Assembly (NCBI GenBank): GCA_030682255.1
Contig: JAUXOK010000009.1
Coordinates: forward strand, 50,428 to 114,427
Direction: 5' to 3'
Source of the DNA: Bacteroidota bacterium
GTDB lineage: Bacteria > Bacteroidota > Bacteroidia > NS11-12g > UBA955
DNA: 64,000 nucleotides
Positions within the stretch are counted from its first letter, which is position 1; every line of letters begins with the position of its first letter. The translations under genes and the position numbers were made by a program. The notes under the pieces are model-generated. The model saw only the letters and a program-made list of their open reading frames with translations, did no database searches and was not told the origin of the DNA. Shown here piece by piece: positions 20,615 through 30,386 of the stretch.

Positions 20615-23077
20615 CTATATCTTAATATCAATACCCAACATCAAATTTCTTAATGCTTGTGGATAATAAAAACGCTCTTCTATTTTTTCTCCAGCATAAA
20701 GATATTTAAAAGTGTAACCATTGTTAGAATACATTGCCCCTAATAAATTATTGGCCATCACTTTGATATTAAACATTGAAATGCCTTTTATTTGAATCTG
20801 TCTTTGTATGATTAAATCAAAATTACTGAACGAATTAATTACATTCAATGGATTTTCTGTATTGTCTAAATACTGCTTGCCAATGTATTTATAGCCCAAA
20901 CTAATTTGTGTGTTTGGCAAATGTTTGTCGGTTAAACCCACATAAAATATAACGTTGGGTGAATATGCAATGCTAACATTTGAATACTCATCTACATGAA
21001 TGCTGTCCAAATCAAAATTAGCATCATAACTGTAGTAAACATCTTTGAACGATTTAATTTTATTTTCACTTAAAGATAAATTACCATCCAACCACAAGTT
21101 TTTGATCAACTCATTTTTAAACATCAACTCTATCCCTCTTCTATAACTTATATCTACGTTTCTTCTCAAACTACTACCAACATCATTTAACTCACCCGTT
21201 AAGACCAATTGGTTTTTGTATGCCATATTATATACATTTACTTGAAAAAACTGCTTTTGACTTTTGTAAACATAACCCAATTCTAAATCTTGTAAGCTTT
21301 CATGCATGGGCAAATCATCTCTTGTATTATCAATAAAATCAGACCTAACAGGCTCTCTGTTACCAATACTGTAATTGATATATAAATTTTCTCGCTTATT
21401 CATTTGATACAAAGCACCCACTTTTGGATTAAAGAAAGCATAATTCACATCAAAATCTATGGCTGATAAATTATTGTCGTTTCCTTTTGATTGATATTGT
21501 ATAGAACGAAATTGCAACTCGCCTTCCAATTTCAATTTGGTGTTTAACTGATATGACGCTTTTACAAATGCATTGAATTCACTCTTAGAACTTTGACTTG
21601 AATAGTAACGATAATCTTTGCCAAAAGGTTGAGCTAACTCTGCCCAAATCACATCACCAAAATGTTTGCCTTCATATCTTGATAACAAGACACCCATGTC
21701 CATATCCAATTTTTTCTTTTTGTATGACAAAGTGGTAAAATTGCCATAAAACACATTATCTAACCACCTTTGTCTAACCAAATCTGTTCGGTTGATGGTA
21801 TCCAAACTTGTTGTATATGACGGCACACCATAAGCCGAAAAACGCTGATTTGCTTTAAACTCTTCATAAAAACCCTTACCTGTTGTTAAAAACAGTGTAG
21901 ATTTCAATTTCAAACTGGGATGAATGGCAAAAAGATGATGCCACTGATAATGATTTTGATTGTAATTATCTGTTTGATTATCATAAGTGTAATAATTATA
22001 AGTTCTACCGCTGTTCAACAAATTGGCTCTTTCATCGTCAGACAAACCATTTCTATCTGCATAAGCGTTCATCTCATCATTGTTATTTCTCAGTCTACTT
22101 TCAGGAGTGCCATACCACGATTGATATGTTTTTTCTTTTCCGCCAAATGCCACAATGTGTGAACTGTATTTCTTTTTTTGATACGATAAGTTAAATTGAA
22201 AAGACAACAAATCTGAGGCACCTCTGTCAATGTATCCATCGCTGTTGATTTTAGACAATCTACCAGAAAAATTAAATGCATTGATTTTACCAGTTCCAAA
22301 TTGCAAGGTACTTCTTTGTGTATTGAAAGAGCCAAACATTTGACTGATTTGCAAAAACGGCACATCCGCAATATCCATATTTGAAATATTAATATTGGCA
22401 CCAAAAGCCCCCACCCCGTTGGTACTAGAACCAACACCTCTTTGAACCTGCACACTCGAAGTAGATGAAGCCAAATCGGGCATATTCACCCAAAACACAC
22501 CATGACTCTCGGCATCATTGATTGGCACACCATTGATATTCACATTTATTCTTGTACCGTCAGAACCTCTGATTCTAATACCAGTGTAACCTATTCCAGA
22601 ACCGGCATCACTTGTTACAACGGCAGAAGGTGTGTTACCTATGAGATAAGTAAAATCTTGGCCGAAATTCCTGTTTTGAATTTCAGCTTTATTCATTTTG
22701 GTATAAACAAAACTAGATTTCTCTGAAGCTGATGTTGCTTTTAAAATAAAACCCGTTGGTTCAAACACATCTTCTTCTAAGTAAATGTTTATTAATGTAT
22801 CTTTTTGAAAACAACATACTATTGATTTTTGCAAGTAACCATTAACCTGAATATTTACTTGATAATTCCCAATGTTCTTTAAACGAATTGTTGGTTGTAA
22901 TAAAGCCTTTTTTTCTTGGGAACTTATATGAATGACTGTTCCATTAATTGTTTCTACTTTAGTTGAATCACTTGAAAACAAATTGAATTCAACTGTAAAC
23001 TGTTTGCTTGAATTTTGAGCCTGTGCAAGGAAGTTTGTTAATAATAAAACTCCAAAAACGATCAATTTTTTAATCAT
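20615..23077 (-). CDS. TonB-dependent receptor
   Basis: Signal peptide (MIKKLIVFGVLLLTNFLAQAQ), CarboxypepD_reg-like N-domain, plug motif (RIRGSDGTRINVNINGVPIND ... VQVQRGVGSSTNG) and a long beta-barrel. ATG at 23077 preferred. Confidence 0.85.
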   Translation of the reverse strand: MIKKLIVFGVLLLTNFLAQAQNSSKQFTVEFNLFSSDSTKVETINGTVIHISSQEKKALLQPTIRLKNIGNYQVNIQVNGYLQKSIVCCFQKDTLINIYLEEDVFEPTGFILKATSASEKSSFVYTKMNKAEIQNRNFGQDFTYLIGNTPSAVVTSDAGSGIGYTGIRIRGSDGTRINVNINGVPINDAESHGVFWVNMPDLASSTSSVQVQRGVGSSTNGVGAFGANINISNMDIADVPFLQISQMFGSFNTQRSTLQFGTGKINAFNFSGRLSKINSDGYIDRGASDLLSFQFNLSYQKKKYSSHIVAFGGKEKTYQSWYGTPESRLRNNNDEMNAYADRNGLSDDERANLLNSGRTYNYYTYDNQTDNYNQNHYQWHHLFAIHPSLKLKSTLFLTTGKGFYEEFKANQRFSAYGVPSYTTSLDTINRTDLVRQRWLDNVFYGNFTTLSYKKKKLDMDMGVLLSRYEGKHFGDVIWAELAQPFGKDYRYYSSQSSKSEFNAFVKASYQLNTKLKLEGELQFRSIQYQSKGNDNNLSAIDFDVNYAFFNPKVGALYQMNKRENLYINYSIGNREPVRSDFIDNTRDDLPMHESLQDLELGYVYKSQKQFFQVNVYNMAYKNQLVLTGELNDVGSSLRRNVDISYRRGIELMFKNELIKNLWLDGNLSLSENKIKSFKDVYYSYDANFDLDSIHVDEYSNVSIAYSPNVIFYVGLTDKHLPNTQISLGYKYIGKQYLDNTENPLNVINSFSNFDLIIQRQIQIKGISMFNIKVMANNLLGAMYSNNGYTFKYLYAGEKIEERFYYPQALRNLMLGIDIKI

Positions 23078-23285
23078 AATATTTTTAAAATATAAATTGT
23101 TTTGGAAGGCTTGATGCACAAAAAATGTACAACAAAAATGAATTTGTTTTCCTTGTCGCAGCAATTACGCTTTTCCAAGTTATATGGGTATCATCTCAGC
23201 TTAGTTTTTCAACATCGGCACCCCAAAACATGCTGCAAATATAAGTTTTTAGCGTTATGCAAAAAATAAATTTTATTATTGCAAT

Positions 23286-24689
23286 ATGAAAGTTACTTTT
23301 TGGGGAGCAGCAAGAACCGTTACAGGCAGTAAACATTTACTTACGTTAGACAATGGCAAAAATATTTTATTGGATTGTGGTTTGTTTCAAGGCGAAGGCG
23401 ATCAAAACATGAATCTCAATAGCCATTGGGGATTTGACCCTAATAGCATTGATTATGTTATTTTATCACATGCACATATCGACCATTCTGGCTTATTACC
23501 CAAATTAGTGAAGGATGGTTTTGAAGGCAACATTTATGCTACAGCTGGCACTATTGCACTCTGTAACATCATGCTTTTAGATAGCGCTAGGATTCAAGAA
23601 AGTGATTTAAAACATGTGAACGAAAGAAGAAAAAAGAGACATGAAAAACCTATTGAACCATTGTATGATGAGGAAGATGCTAAAAAAACACTCTCATTAA
23701 TGAAGCCTTTACCTTTAAATAGAGCTTTTCAAATAGATGAAGACATTCATGTAACTACTTTGGAAAATGGACATATACTTGGCAGTGTTTCAGTAATTTT
23801 AAAAATCAAAGAAAATGACTCCAAGATTTCACTAACATTTACAGGAGATATTGGCAGAAAAGACGATGCCATACTTAATCACCCTATTCCTATTCCTCAA
23901 TCTTCTTATATTATTTGCGAGAGCACTTATGGCAATAGGCTGCATGCCAAACAAGATGATGTGGAAGCTAAATTGATGGAAATCGTTCATCAAACCTGTG
24001 TACTAAGAAAAGGCAAAATCATTATTCCTGCTTTTAGTATAGATAGAACACAAGAAATCATTTATGCTTTGGATAGATTATCGTCTGCTGGCAAACTGCC
24101 TTCGATAGATGTGTATGTTGACAGTCCGCTTTCTGTTAAAGCTACTAGAACCATGGCAAAACACAAGGAATATTTTAATTCTAATATCTTAGATTACATT
24201 ACCAAAGATGGCGACCCATTTTGTTTTCCAAACCTACATTATGTTGAGGGTGTAGAAGAGTCCAAGAAAATTAACACCATGAAAAAACCTTGTATCATTA
24301 TCAGTGCTAGCGGCATGGCAGAGGCAGGCAGAATTAAACATCACATTGCAAACAATATTGAAAATGAAAACAACACCATTTTAATTGTTGGATACGCTAC
24401 ACCTGGCTCTTTAGCAGGCAGACTTAAAAACGGCAGCACAGAAGTTAGAATATTTGGCACAATTTACAATGTAAAAGCGCAGATAGCAACTATGGAAAAC
24501 TTTAGTGCACACGGTGATTACATAGAAATGATTGACTACCTTAAACTTCAAGACCCTGATAAAGTTAGAAAAATATTTTTAGTTCATGGCGAATATGAAA
24601 CCCAAAAAAGTTTTGCCGAAAAATTAGTCGACAAAGGCTATTTAAACATAGAAATACCAAACAAAGGCGAAACATTTACCCTGAATTAA
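23286..24689 (+). CDS. MBL-fold metallo-hydrolase of the beta-CASP (RNA-metabolising) family
   Basis: HAHIDHSG metal motif and later beta-CASP/RMMBL motifs (ESTYG, FSAHGD, LVHGE). Confidence 0.8.
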   Translation: MKVTFWGAARTVTGSKHLLTLDNGKNILLDCGLFQGEGDQNMNLNSHWGFDPNSIDYVILSHAHIDHSGLLPKLVKDGFEGNIYATAGTIALCNIMLLDSARIQESDLKHVNERRKKRHEKPIEPLYDEEDAKKTLSLMKPLPLNRAFQIDEDIHVTTLENGHILGSVSVILKIKENDSKISLTFTGDIGRKDDAILNHPIPIPQSSYIICESTYGNRLHAKQDDVEAKLMEIVHQTCVLRKGKIIIPAFSIDRTQEIIYALDRLSSAGKLPSIDVYVDSPLSVKATRTMAKHKEYFNSNILDYITKDGDPFCFPNLHYVEGVEESKKINTMKKPCIIISASGMAEAGRIKHHIANNIENENNTILIVGYATPGSLAGRLKNGSTEVRIFGTIYNVKAQIATMENFSAHGDYIEMIDYLKLQDPDKVRKIFLVHGEYETQKSFAEKLVDKGYLNIEIPNKGETFTLN

Positions 24690-24692
24690 AAC

Positions 24693-25457
24693 TTGGATAA
24701 AAAATCTAAACTATTCGTCATCCTAGGTGGTTTTTTCATTACCAATGCCATCATTGCCGAATTTATAGGCATTAAAATTTTCTCATTGGAAAAAACATTG
24801 GGATTTATACCCTTTGATATCAAGATATTTGGCGAAGAAAACTTATCTTTTCAATTAACCTGTGGGGTTTTACTTTGGCCCGTTGTGTTTATTATGACAG
24901 ATATCATCAATGAATATTATGGCAAAAAAGGAGTGCGCTTATTAAGTTACATAGCTGCAAGTATGATTGCTTATGCGTTTTTAATGGTTTTTATGGCAAT
25001 TAACACCACTCCCGCTGAATGGTGGATTAATAGCGGAACAGACAACAACATCTCTAATATGCAAACTGCCTACCAATCCATTTTTGGACAAGGCATGTGG
25101 ATTATCGTAGGTTCTTTGGCGGCATTTTTAATTGGACAACTCATTGATGTTTGGGTATTTCATTTCATCAAAAAGAAATCTGGCAATAGATATTTATGGC
25201 TAAGAAGTACAGGTTCTACTTTGGTTTCGCAGTTTTTTGATAGCTTCATTGTTTTATTCATCGCCTTTTATATTGGTAACGATTGGTCGTTTAAATTGGT
25301 GATGGCAATATGCATCATGAATTATTTATACAAATTTTTGATTGCCATTATTTTAACGCCTTTGTTATACATCCTGCATCATAACATCGACAAATATTTA
25401 GGAAAAGAACAAGCTGAACAAATGATCAAAGAAGCTGAATTGCAATATGAAAATTAA
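24693..25457 (+). CDS. YhhQ/VUT-family queuosine-precursor transporter
   Basis: 6-TM, ~250-aa protein with FIMTDIINEYYGKKG and STLVSQFFDSFIV motifs characteristic of DUF165/YhhQ. The only in-frame start is TTG at 24693, so the start is uncertain. Confidence 0.7.
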   Translation: MDKKSKLFVILGGFFITNAIIAEFIGIKIFSLEKTLGFIPFDIKIFGEENLSFQLTCGVLLWPVVFIMTDIINEYYGKKGVRLLSYIAASMIAYAFLMVFMAINTTPAEWWINSGTDNNISNMQTAYQSIFGQGMWIIVGSLAAFLIGQLIDVWVFHFIKKKSGNRYLWLRSTGSTLVSQFFDSFIVLFIAFYIGNDWSFKLVMAICIMNYLYKFLIAIILTPLLYILHHNIDKYLGKEQAEQMIKEAELQYEN

Positions 25458-27549
25458 ATTCTATTTCATTATAACTCTTGCTTTAGTTACATTAACACAA
25501 TGCAAAAGCAGAAAGAAAACCTCTAAAACTGAAACTTCTGTTACTATCTTTAACCTTCAACGAAACACTTTAAACATTTGGCAACCCATCGGCCCATTCC
25601 ATTCGCCAAATCCATTGGCGGTAAAAGGCGAATGGTCGCCCCATGGCAATGGCAGGTTTATGTGTGTCAACGTTCATCCCAATAACGCCAACGAAATCAT
25701 CATAGGACATGCTACTTCAGGCATTTTTAAAACCACCGATGGCGGAAAAACTTGGCATCAAAAACTCAATTTTGAATATGCAACTGGTATTTTTAAAATC
25801 ATTCGATTCAACAAAGACAAGAACCACTTGATGGCTTGTTCGGGTATGGACATAGGCAATTCTAGACAATACGGTTTTGGTTTGTTCGAATCTTTTGACA
25901 ATGGCGAAACTTGGATTAGAAATTTTCTACAATACAATCCCGAAGAATACAATTTAGACCAAAGCAGAGACATTGCATTTATCAACCTTAAATCTGACGA
26001 AAAACTCATAAGCATTACTACAAATAAAATTTTTATTTCAGGTGACTTTGGCAAACAATGGAACAAAGTGCTTGATACCAAATACGACCTCAAAACTATT
26101 TCAGTTAACCCATATAATGAAAACGAAATTTTTGTATCAGGAAATGGCGTTCTTAAAAGCATTGATGGCGGTAAATCGTGGCAAGATATTACGCTAACAA
26201 TAGGCAACCAATATGCCAACGGCTCCAATCTGAATCAAAGGATAAACATCCTATTTTCACAAAAAAACAAAGGCTTTGTTTATGTATTTGTTCAAGCCTC
26301 TATCAATGTATTGCTTTATGGTTCATCATCAGATATTGCAACTATCAAAACGATAAACTCCAATCCTGGCATAATACCCAATAAATCAAGACAAGCTTCT
26401 GCTGTTTATTACAATGCTAAAACCAATCAAGAAAGCCTTTTCATTGGCACAACAAGACTGTTTAGAAGTGATGATGGCGGACAATCTTTTAACATCATCA
26501 GCAGTCCTGTAATGGGAGACATCAACAACATCCACGATGACATCAATGGTTTAACTTTTTCTGACAATAACCTTTATTGTGCTACAGATGGCGGCATTGA
26601 TTTTTCTGCCGACAATGGACAAACTTGGCAATCTTTAACCGACCATTCAAATAATTTAAACACATCGTTGATTTTTGGTTTTGATTACAATCCTACCTCT
26701 GACCTACTGATGTGTGGCACCCAAGACAATGGTATTTTTAAATACCAAAACCAACAATGGAATTGTTTCAATCTCTATGGTGATGGTGGCAGATGTGTTG
26801 GCATGGGTGATAGCTTTGCATTCAGTTGCGGTTTTGCTCAAATGAATTACCTGAGCAATGATGGTGGTAAAAGTTGGAGTTATCACCATGCTGGCAACGA
26901 AAGAACTGGATTTGAGTTTAGGATGTATTTCCACAAAAAGAAATCAATGTTTTTCTTAGCCAACATGCATTTATACAAGCAAGAAAAAAACAAACGTTTT
27001 GAAATCATCACCTCTCAACTTCAATCCGACAGATTTATCAAAGCCCTATGGGTGAACCCAGATGATGAAAACGAAATTTGGATTGCCAAAGACGACCCAA
27101 CTTGGGGAGGCACGCTTAAAAACAAATTGTTTCATACACTTGATGGTGGTGATAACTGGACCGATTACACAGAAAATCTCCCCATTTTATTGTGGCGAAG
27201 TGTCACCGATATTTCGGTAAACAACCTTGGTGAAATAGCTGTAACCATTGACGGTTTCGATAAAAATGGCACTCCCCTCAACAAAGTTTATATCTCCACC
27301 GACAACGGACAATCCTTTAAGAATGTTTCTGATGGTTTACCCAACTTACCCAACAATTGCATCATCCACATCAACAACCAATGGATTTGTGGCAATAATG
27401 CGGGTGTATACGAATTAAAATACGACAAATGGGAGAAACTCAGCACAAACTTCCCTCCTTCGATTGTCACCGAACTCAAATATTTTGAAAAAGACAAAAT
27501 CCTAATTGCGTCTACATTTGGAAGAGGTTTGTGGGCTATTAGATATTGA
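25447..27549 (+). CDS. BNR/Asp-box repeat (sortilin/Ycf48-like beta-propeller) lipoprotein
   Basis: Lipoprotein signal (LVTLTQC). At least 8 Asp-box motifs (DGGKTW, DNGETW, GDFGKQW, DGGKSW, DDGGQSF, DNGQTW, NDGGKSW, DGGDNW). Confidence 0.65.
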   Translation: MKIKFYFIITLALVTLTQCKSRKKTSKTETSVTIFNLQRNTLNIWQPIGPFHSPNPLAVKGEWSPHGNGRFMCVNVHPNNANEIIIGHATSGIFKTTDGGKTWHQKLNFEYATGIFKIIRFNKDKNHLMACSGMDIGNSRQYGFGLFESFDNGETWIRNFLQYNPEEYNLDQSRDIAFINLKSDEKLISITTNKIFISGDFGKQWNKVLDTKYDLKTISVNPYNENEIFVSGNGVLKSIDGGKSWQDITLTIGNQYANGSNLNQRINILFSQKNKGFVYVFVQASINVLLYGSSSDIATIKTINSNPGIIPNKSRQASAVYYNAKTNQESLFIGTTRLFRSDDGGQSFNIISSPVMGDINNIHDDINGLTFSDNNLYCATDGGIDFSADNGQTWQSLTDHSNNLNTSLIFGFDYNPTSDLLMCGTQDNGIFKYQNQQWNCFNLYGDGGRCVGMGDSFAFSCGFAQMNYLSNDGGKSWSYHHAGNERTGFEFRMYFHKKKSMFFLANMHLYKQEKNKRFEIITSQLQSDRFIKALWVNPDDENEIWIAKDDPTWGGTLKNKLFHTLDGGDNWTDYTENLPILLWRSVTDISVNNLGEIAVTIDGFDKNGTPLNKVYISTDNGQSFKNVSDGLPNLPNNCIIHINNQWICGNNAGVYELKYDKWEKLSTNFPPSIVTELKYFEKDKILIASTFGRGLWAIRY

Positions 27550-27624
27550 TTTGCACTTTTGTTGGTTTCGGTTTAACCCAAAATGCTAACGGCATCTACA
27601 ATTGCTTCTCATAAGAGACTAATT

Positions 27625-28206
27625 AGGGTCTGCTGAAAAAGTCAACGCCTAAACAATATATTATTTCTTTTTAGCTTCGCTGCTATGATTCGACAAACTC
27701 ACCATACAGCTTCGTTGTCTCCCGCTTCTTCGAGCGGGATGGCACCAAAAAGAAACAACAAAGCAAAGCTACCTCACGAACAGCGAAGCACTCATAAATG
27801 CAATAATTTGAATAACACATGAGTAATATCAGAGCCATACGCACCTTTATTAAATTTGACTTATTTATGAAGATTTTTCAGGGAAACCACAAGGGAAGTT
27901 CAGCAAATGGATTTGCTGAAATCGCCCGCAGTGGTCTGAAAAATCGAGTAAGAAGTATAAATTTAATATGGTGCTAGCTTTTTTTGTTTAGCTTCGCTGC
28001 TACTTCGTGGTCTTTTTTTGGCAATGAACTAAGCTTTGCTTACTCATCATTGCAAATAAAAAAGAAATTAAACCAATGATAAAAAAAAGAAAAAGAAAAG
28101 TAGATGCACGGTTTTTCGAGGTTTAATTGAAATTTCCTTGCACTTGACACTCCCAAAAATAATTTTTATGATTGAATATCATGTTGTTATGATTTTTCAG
28201 CAAGCC
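27625..28206. repeat. non-coding repeat-rich block bounded by imperfect inverted repeats (possible decayed MITE-like element)
   Basis: GGGTCTGCTGAAAAAGTCA (27625-27643) against the reverse complement of TGATTTTTCAGCAAGCCC (28189-28206). Internal 16-nt direct repeat TTTAGCTTCGCTGCTA (27670 and 27987), internal inverted GCTTCGCTG/CAGCGAAGC, and no ORF of 60 aa or more. Confidence 0.35.
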
Positions 28207-28369
28207 CTAAATAACCATCAACTAAAACAACTGCTTAACAAAGGTCTTACCCTACGAAGATGCTAGAGAGAGGGACTTTTTAATTTCCCTATTTAAGAAA
28301 TTGACTTATCCTGAAATAAGTTTATACAAAAAGAAATCCTGTTTAAAAAGTTATTCAAACCAAAAAAAA

Positions 28370-28585
28370 TCAAGAACTATAGCGCCTGATGTAGAGCTCT
28401 TCTACTTTTTTTCTTGCCCAAGGGGTTTTTCTTAAAAATGTTAAACTGGATTTTATACTTGGAGAACTAACAAAGCAATTTATTCTAATATTTTGACCAA
28501 GTTGTTCCCAACCCATATCGTCTACCAATACAATGAGAATGTATTCCAGAGTTTTGCCATGTAATGGATCTTTAGATGTATTCAT
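28370..28585 (-). CDS. DUF2132 (VF530-like) small protein
   Basis: 71 aa with DPLHGKTLE ... GWEQLG ... [22 protein letters not shown], matching my recollection of the DUF2132 family. Confidence 0.55.
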   Translation of the reverse strand: MNTSKDPLHGKTLEYILIVLVDDMGWEQLGQNIRINCFVSSPSIKSSLTFLRKTPWARKKVEELYIRRYSS

Positions 28586-28601
28586 TTTTCAAAAGTTTTT
28601 A

Positions 28602-29273
28602 TTACCATACCGATTGTGTGTTGTCTGTTAAAACCCCATTTTGAATATGCCAAAATCTTGTACCTTCATTTTTACAAACATGAATATCGTGAGTAGAAAC
28701 AAGTATAATTTTATTGAAGGCAAGAGCAATTTGCTTTAAATCTTTGAACAATGCAATTTTGGATGGATAATCCAAAAAAGCTGTTGGTTCATCAAGAAGT
28801 ATGATGGGTGTATTTTGTGCAATAGCTCTAGCAACATTTGTTTTTTGCCATTCACCATCAGAAATTTGATTTAAATATTTATGTCTAATATGTTCGATTT
28901 TCATCAGTTTGATGGCTTCTTCCACATTTTGATCTAAAACAATGGATTGATATTGGGCATATCGCCCCATTTTAACAATATCTTCAACTGTGATATAAGG
29001 TTCGTCTATCTTTTGATTCAATACCAAAGCCATTAATTGAGCTCTTTCGGCTACTGAATATTTAGATAAAGGAGTCTGATTGATTATTATTTGACCTGAA
29101 ATAGGCGTTTCTATTCCGGCTAGATGTTTTAAAAAAGTAGATTTTCCACTGCCATTTTCTCCAGTAATTATAACTAAACTCCCTCCTGAAATTTGCAAAT
29201 CAATAGACGCAAGCAATGGCGTATTATATCCAACCAACAAACCTTTTATATCTAATTGAACATTGTGCATCAT
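28602..29273 (-). CDS. ABC transporter ATP-binding protein (iron-chelate/B12 FecE/BtuD-like)
   Basis: Walker A GENGSGKST, signature ISDGEWQ, Walker B ILLDEP. 4-nt overlap with the upstream permease. Confidence 0.85.
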   Translation of the reverse strand: MMHNVQLDIKGLLVGYNTPLLASIDLQISGGSLVIITGENGSGKSTFLKHLAGIETPISGQIIINQTPLSKYSVAERAQLMALVLNQKIDEPYITVEDIVKMGRYAQYQSIVLDQNVEEAIKLMKIEHIRHKYLNQISDGEWQKTNVARAIAQNTPIILLDEPTAFLDYPSKIALFKDLKQIALAFNKIILVSTHDIHVCKNEGTRFWHIQNGVLTDNTQSVW

Positions 29274-30241
29274 TTCCTTTTCTTAAATAAAATATAAATC
29301 ACAAATGGTCCACCTATCAGAGTTGTTGTAACATTGATAGGAACTTGAAACCCCCACACACTTAATGACGCAACAATGTCTCCCAATAATGCCATGATGG
29401 CGCCCAATATACAATTAGCAAACAGCATCAATCTAAAATTAACGGTTTTGAATAATAGTTTTACTAAATTTGGAATAGCTATACCAATAAATGCAATGGG
29501 ACCACAAAATGCAGTTGTAACGCCTGTTAAAAGCCCCGTGCAAACCAACAAACTAAAGCTAACCCGTTTGGGATTAATCCCCATACTAGTTGCAATCTCA
29601 TTACCTAAAATCAAAATCGACAATTGTGGCATCAAAAGAAATGCCCAAACTATGCCTGCTATGGCACTAAATGATAGAACGATTAAATCTACATCTATCA
29701 CTTGACTAAAAGAACCCATAGACCACATCGTAAAACTCTTCAATTCGCCAACAGAAGCCATCGCCACTAACAAAGTTTGTAAAGACCCTGTAATCATGCC
29801 AATGATTACGCCAAATAACAAGATCAAATAGCCATTGCCATATTTAAAACTCAAAAGAGAAATAAAAATTAAAACTAAAATTGCGCCTAAAAACCCAGCC
29901 ACTGATACATTCAAACTTTGAAATATCGGAAATGAAGCCCCTAAAATAATAAACAAAGCAACAAACAAAGACGCACCAGAACTAACGCCCAAAATATATG
30001 GACCAGCTAACTGATTTTTAAATAATTGCTGAAGTATAAAACCAGACAATGCCAAACTTGAACCGGTTAACAAAGCAGTAATCGCTTTTGGCAACCTAAA
30101 TTGATTCAAAATAAATAAATCTTCTAAATTCTTAAAACTAAAATCCACAACATTGGGTATCAAAAAGACATCAACACCCAAAAGCGCAATTAACAATAAT
30201 ATTAATAGAAAGATGTGAAATTTAAACATTTGCAAATTCAA
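29270..30241 (-). CDS. FecCD/BtuC-family ABC importer permease
   Basis: 323-aa polytopic protein with GPYILGVSSGASL and GPIAFIGIAIPN motifs typical of FecCD. Confidence 0.85.
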   Translation of the reverse strand: MNLQMFKFHIFLLILLLIALLGVDVFLIPNVVDFSFKNLEDLFILNQFRLPKAITALLTGSSLALSGFILQQLFKNQLAGPYILGVSSGASLFVALFIILGASFPIFQSLNVSVAGFLGAILVLIFISLLSFKYGNGYLILLFGVIIGMITGSLQTLLVAMASVGELKSFTMWSMGSFSQVIDVDLIVLSFSAIAGIVWAFLLMPQLSILILGNEIATSMGINPKRVSFSLLVCTGLLTGVTTAFCGPIAFIGIAIPNLVKLLFKTVNFRLMLFANCILGAIMALLGDIVASLSVWGFQVPINVTTTLIGGPFVIYILFKKRK

Positions 30242-30386
30242 TGTTTCAAAACAAATTAAAAAACATCGAAAAACATTGAAATACTTTAATAATCTTACAA
30301 TATTTTTATATCAACAATTTAGTACCATATTAAATGAATGTTAATGATTTTAATTATTTTTGCCGAAAATTTATAGAAAGTTAATA

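Noticed and set aside
27671-27800. tmRNA or tRNA-like gene suggested by GATTCGAC near 27688
   Set aside because: It has no GGGG acceptor 5' end, no T-arm (GGTTCGAATCC-like) and no CCA-proximal 3' end. No tag-reading frame is recognisable.
30242-30386. Cobalamin or other riboswitch upstream of the FecCD importer or pckA
   Set aside because: The interval is only ~145 nt, shared by two divergent promoters, and has no B12-box or other conserved riboswitch core.
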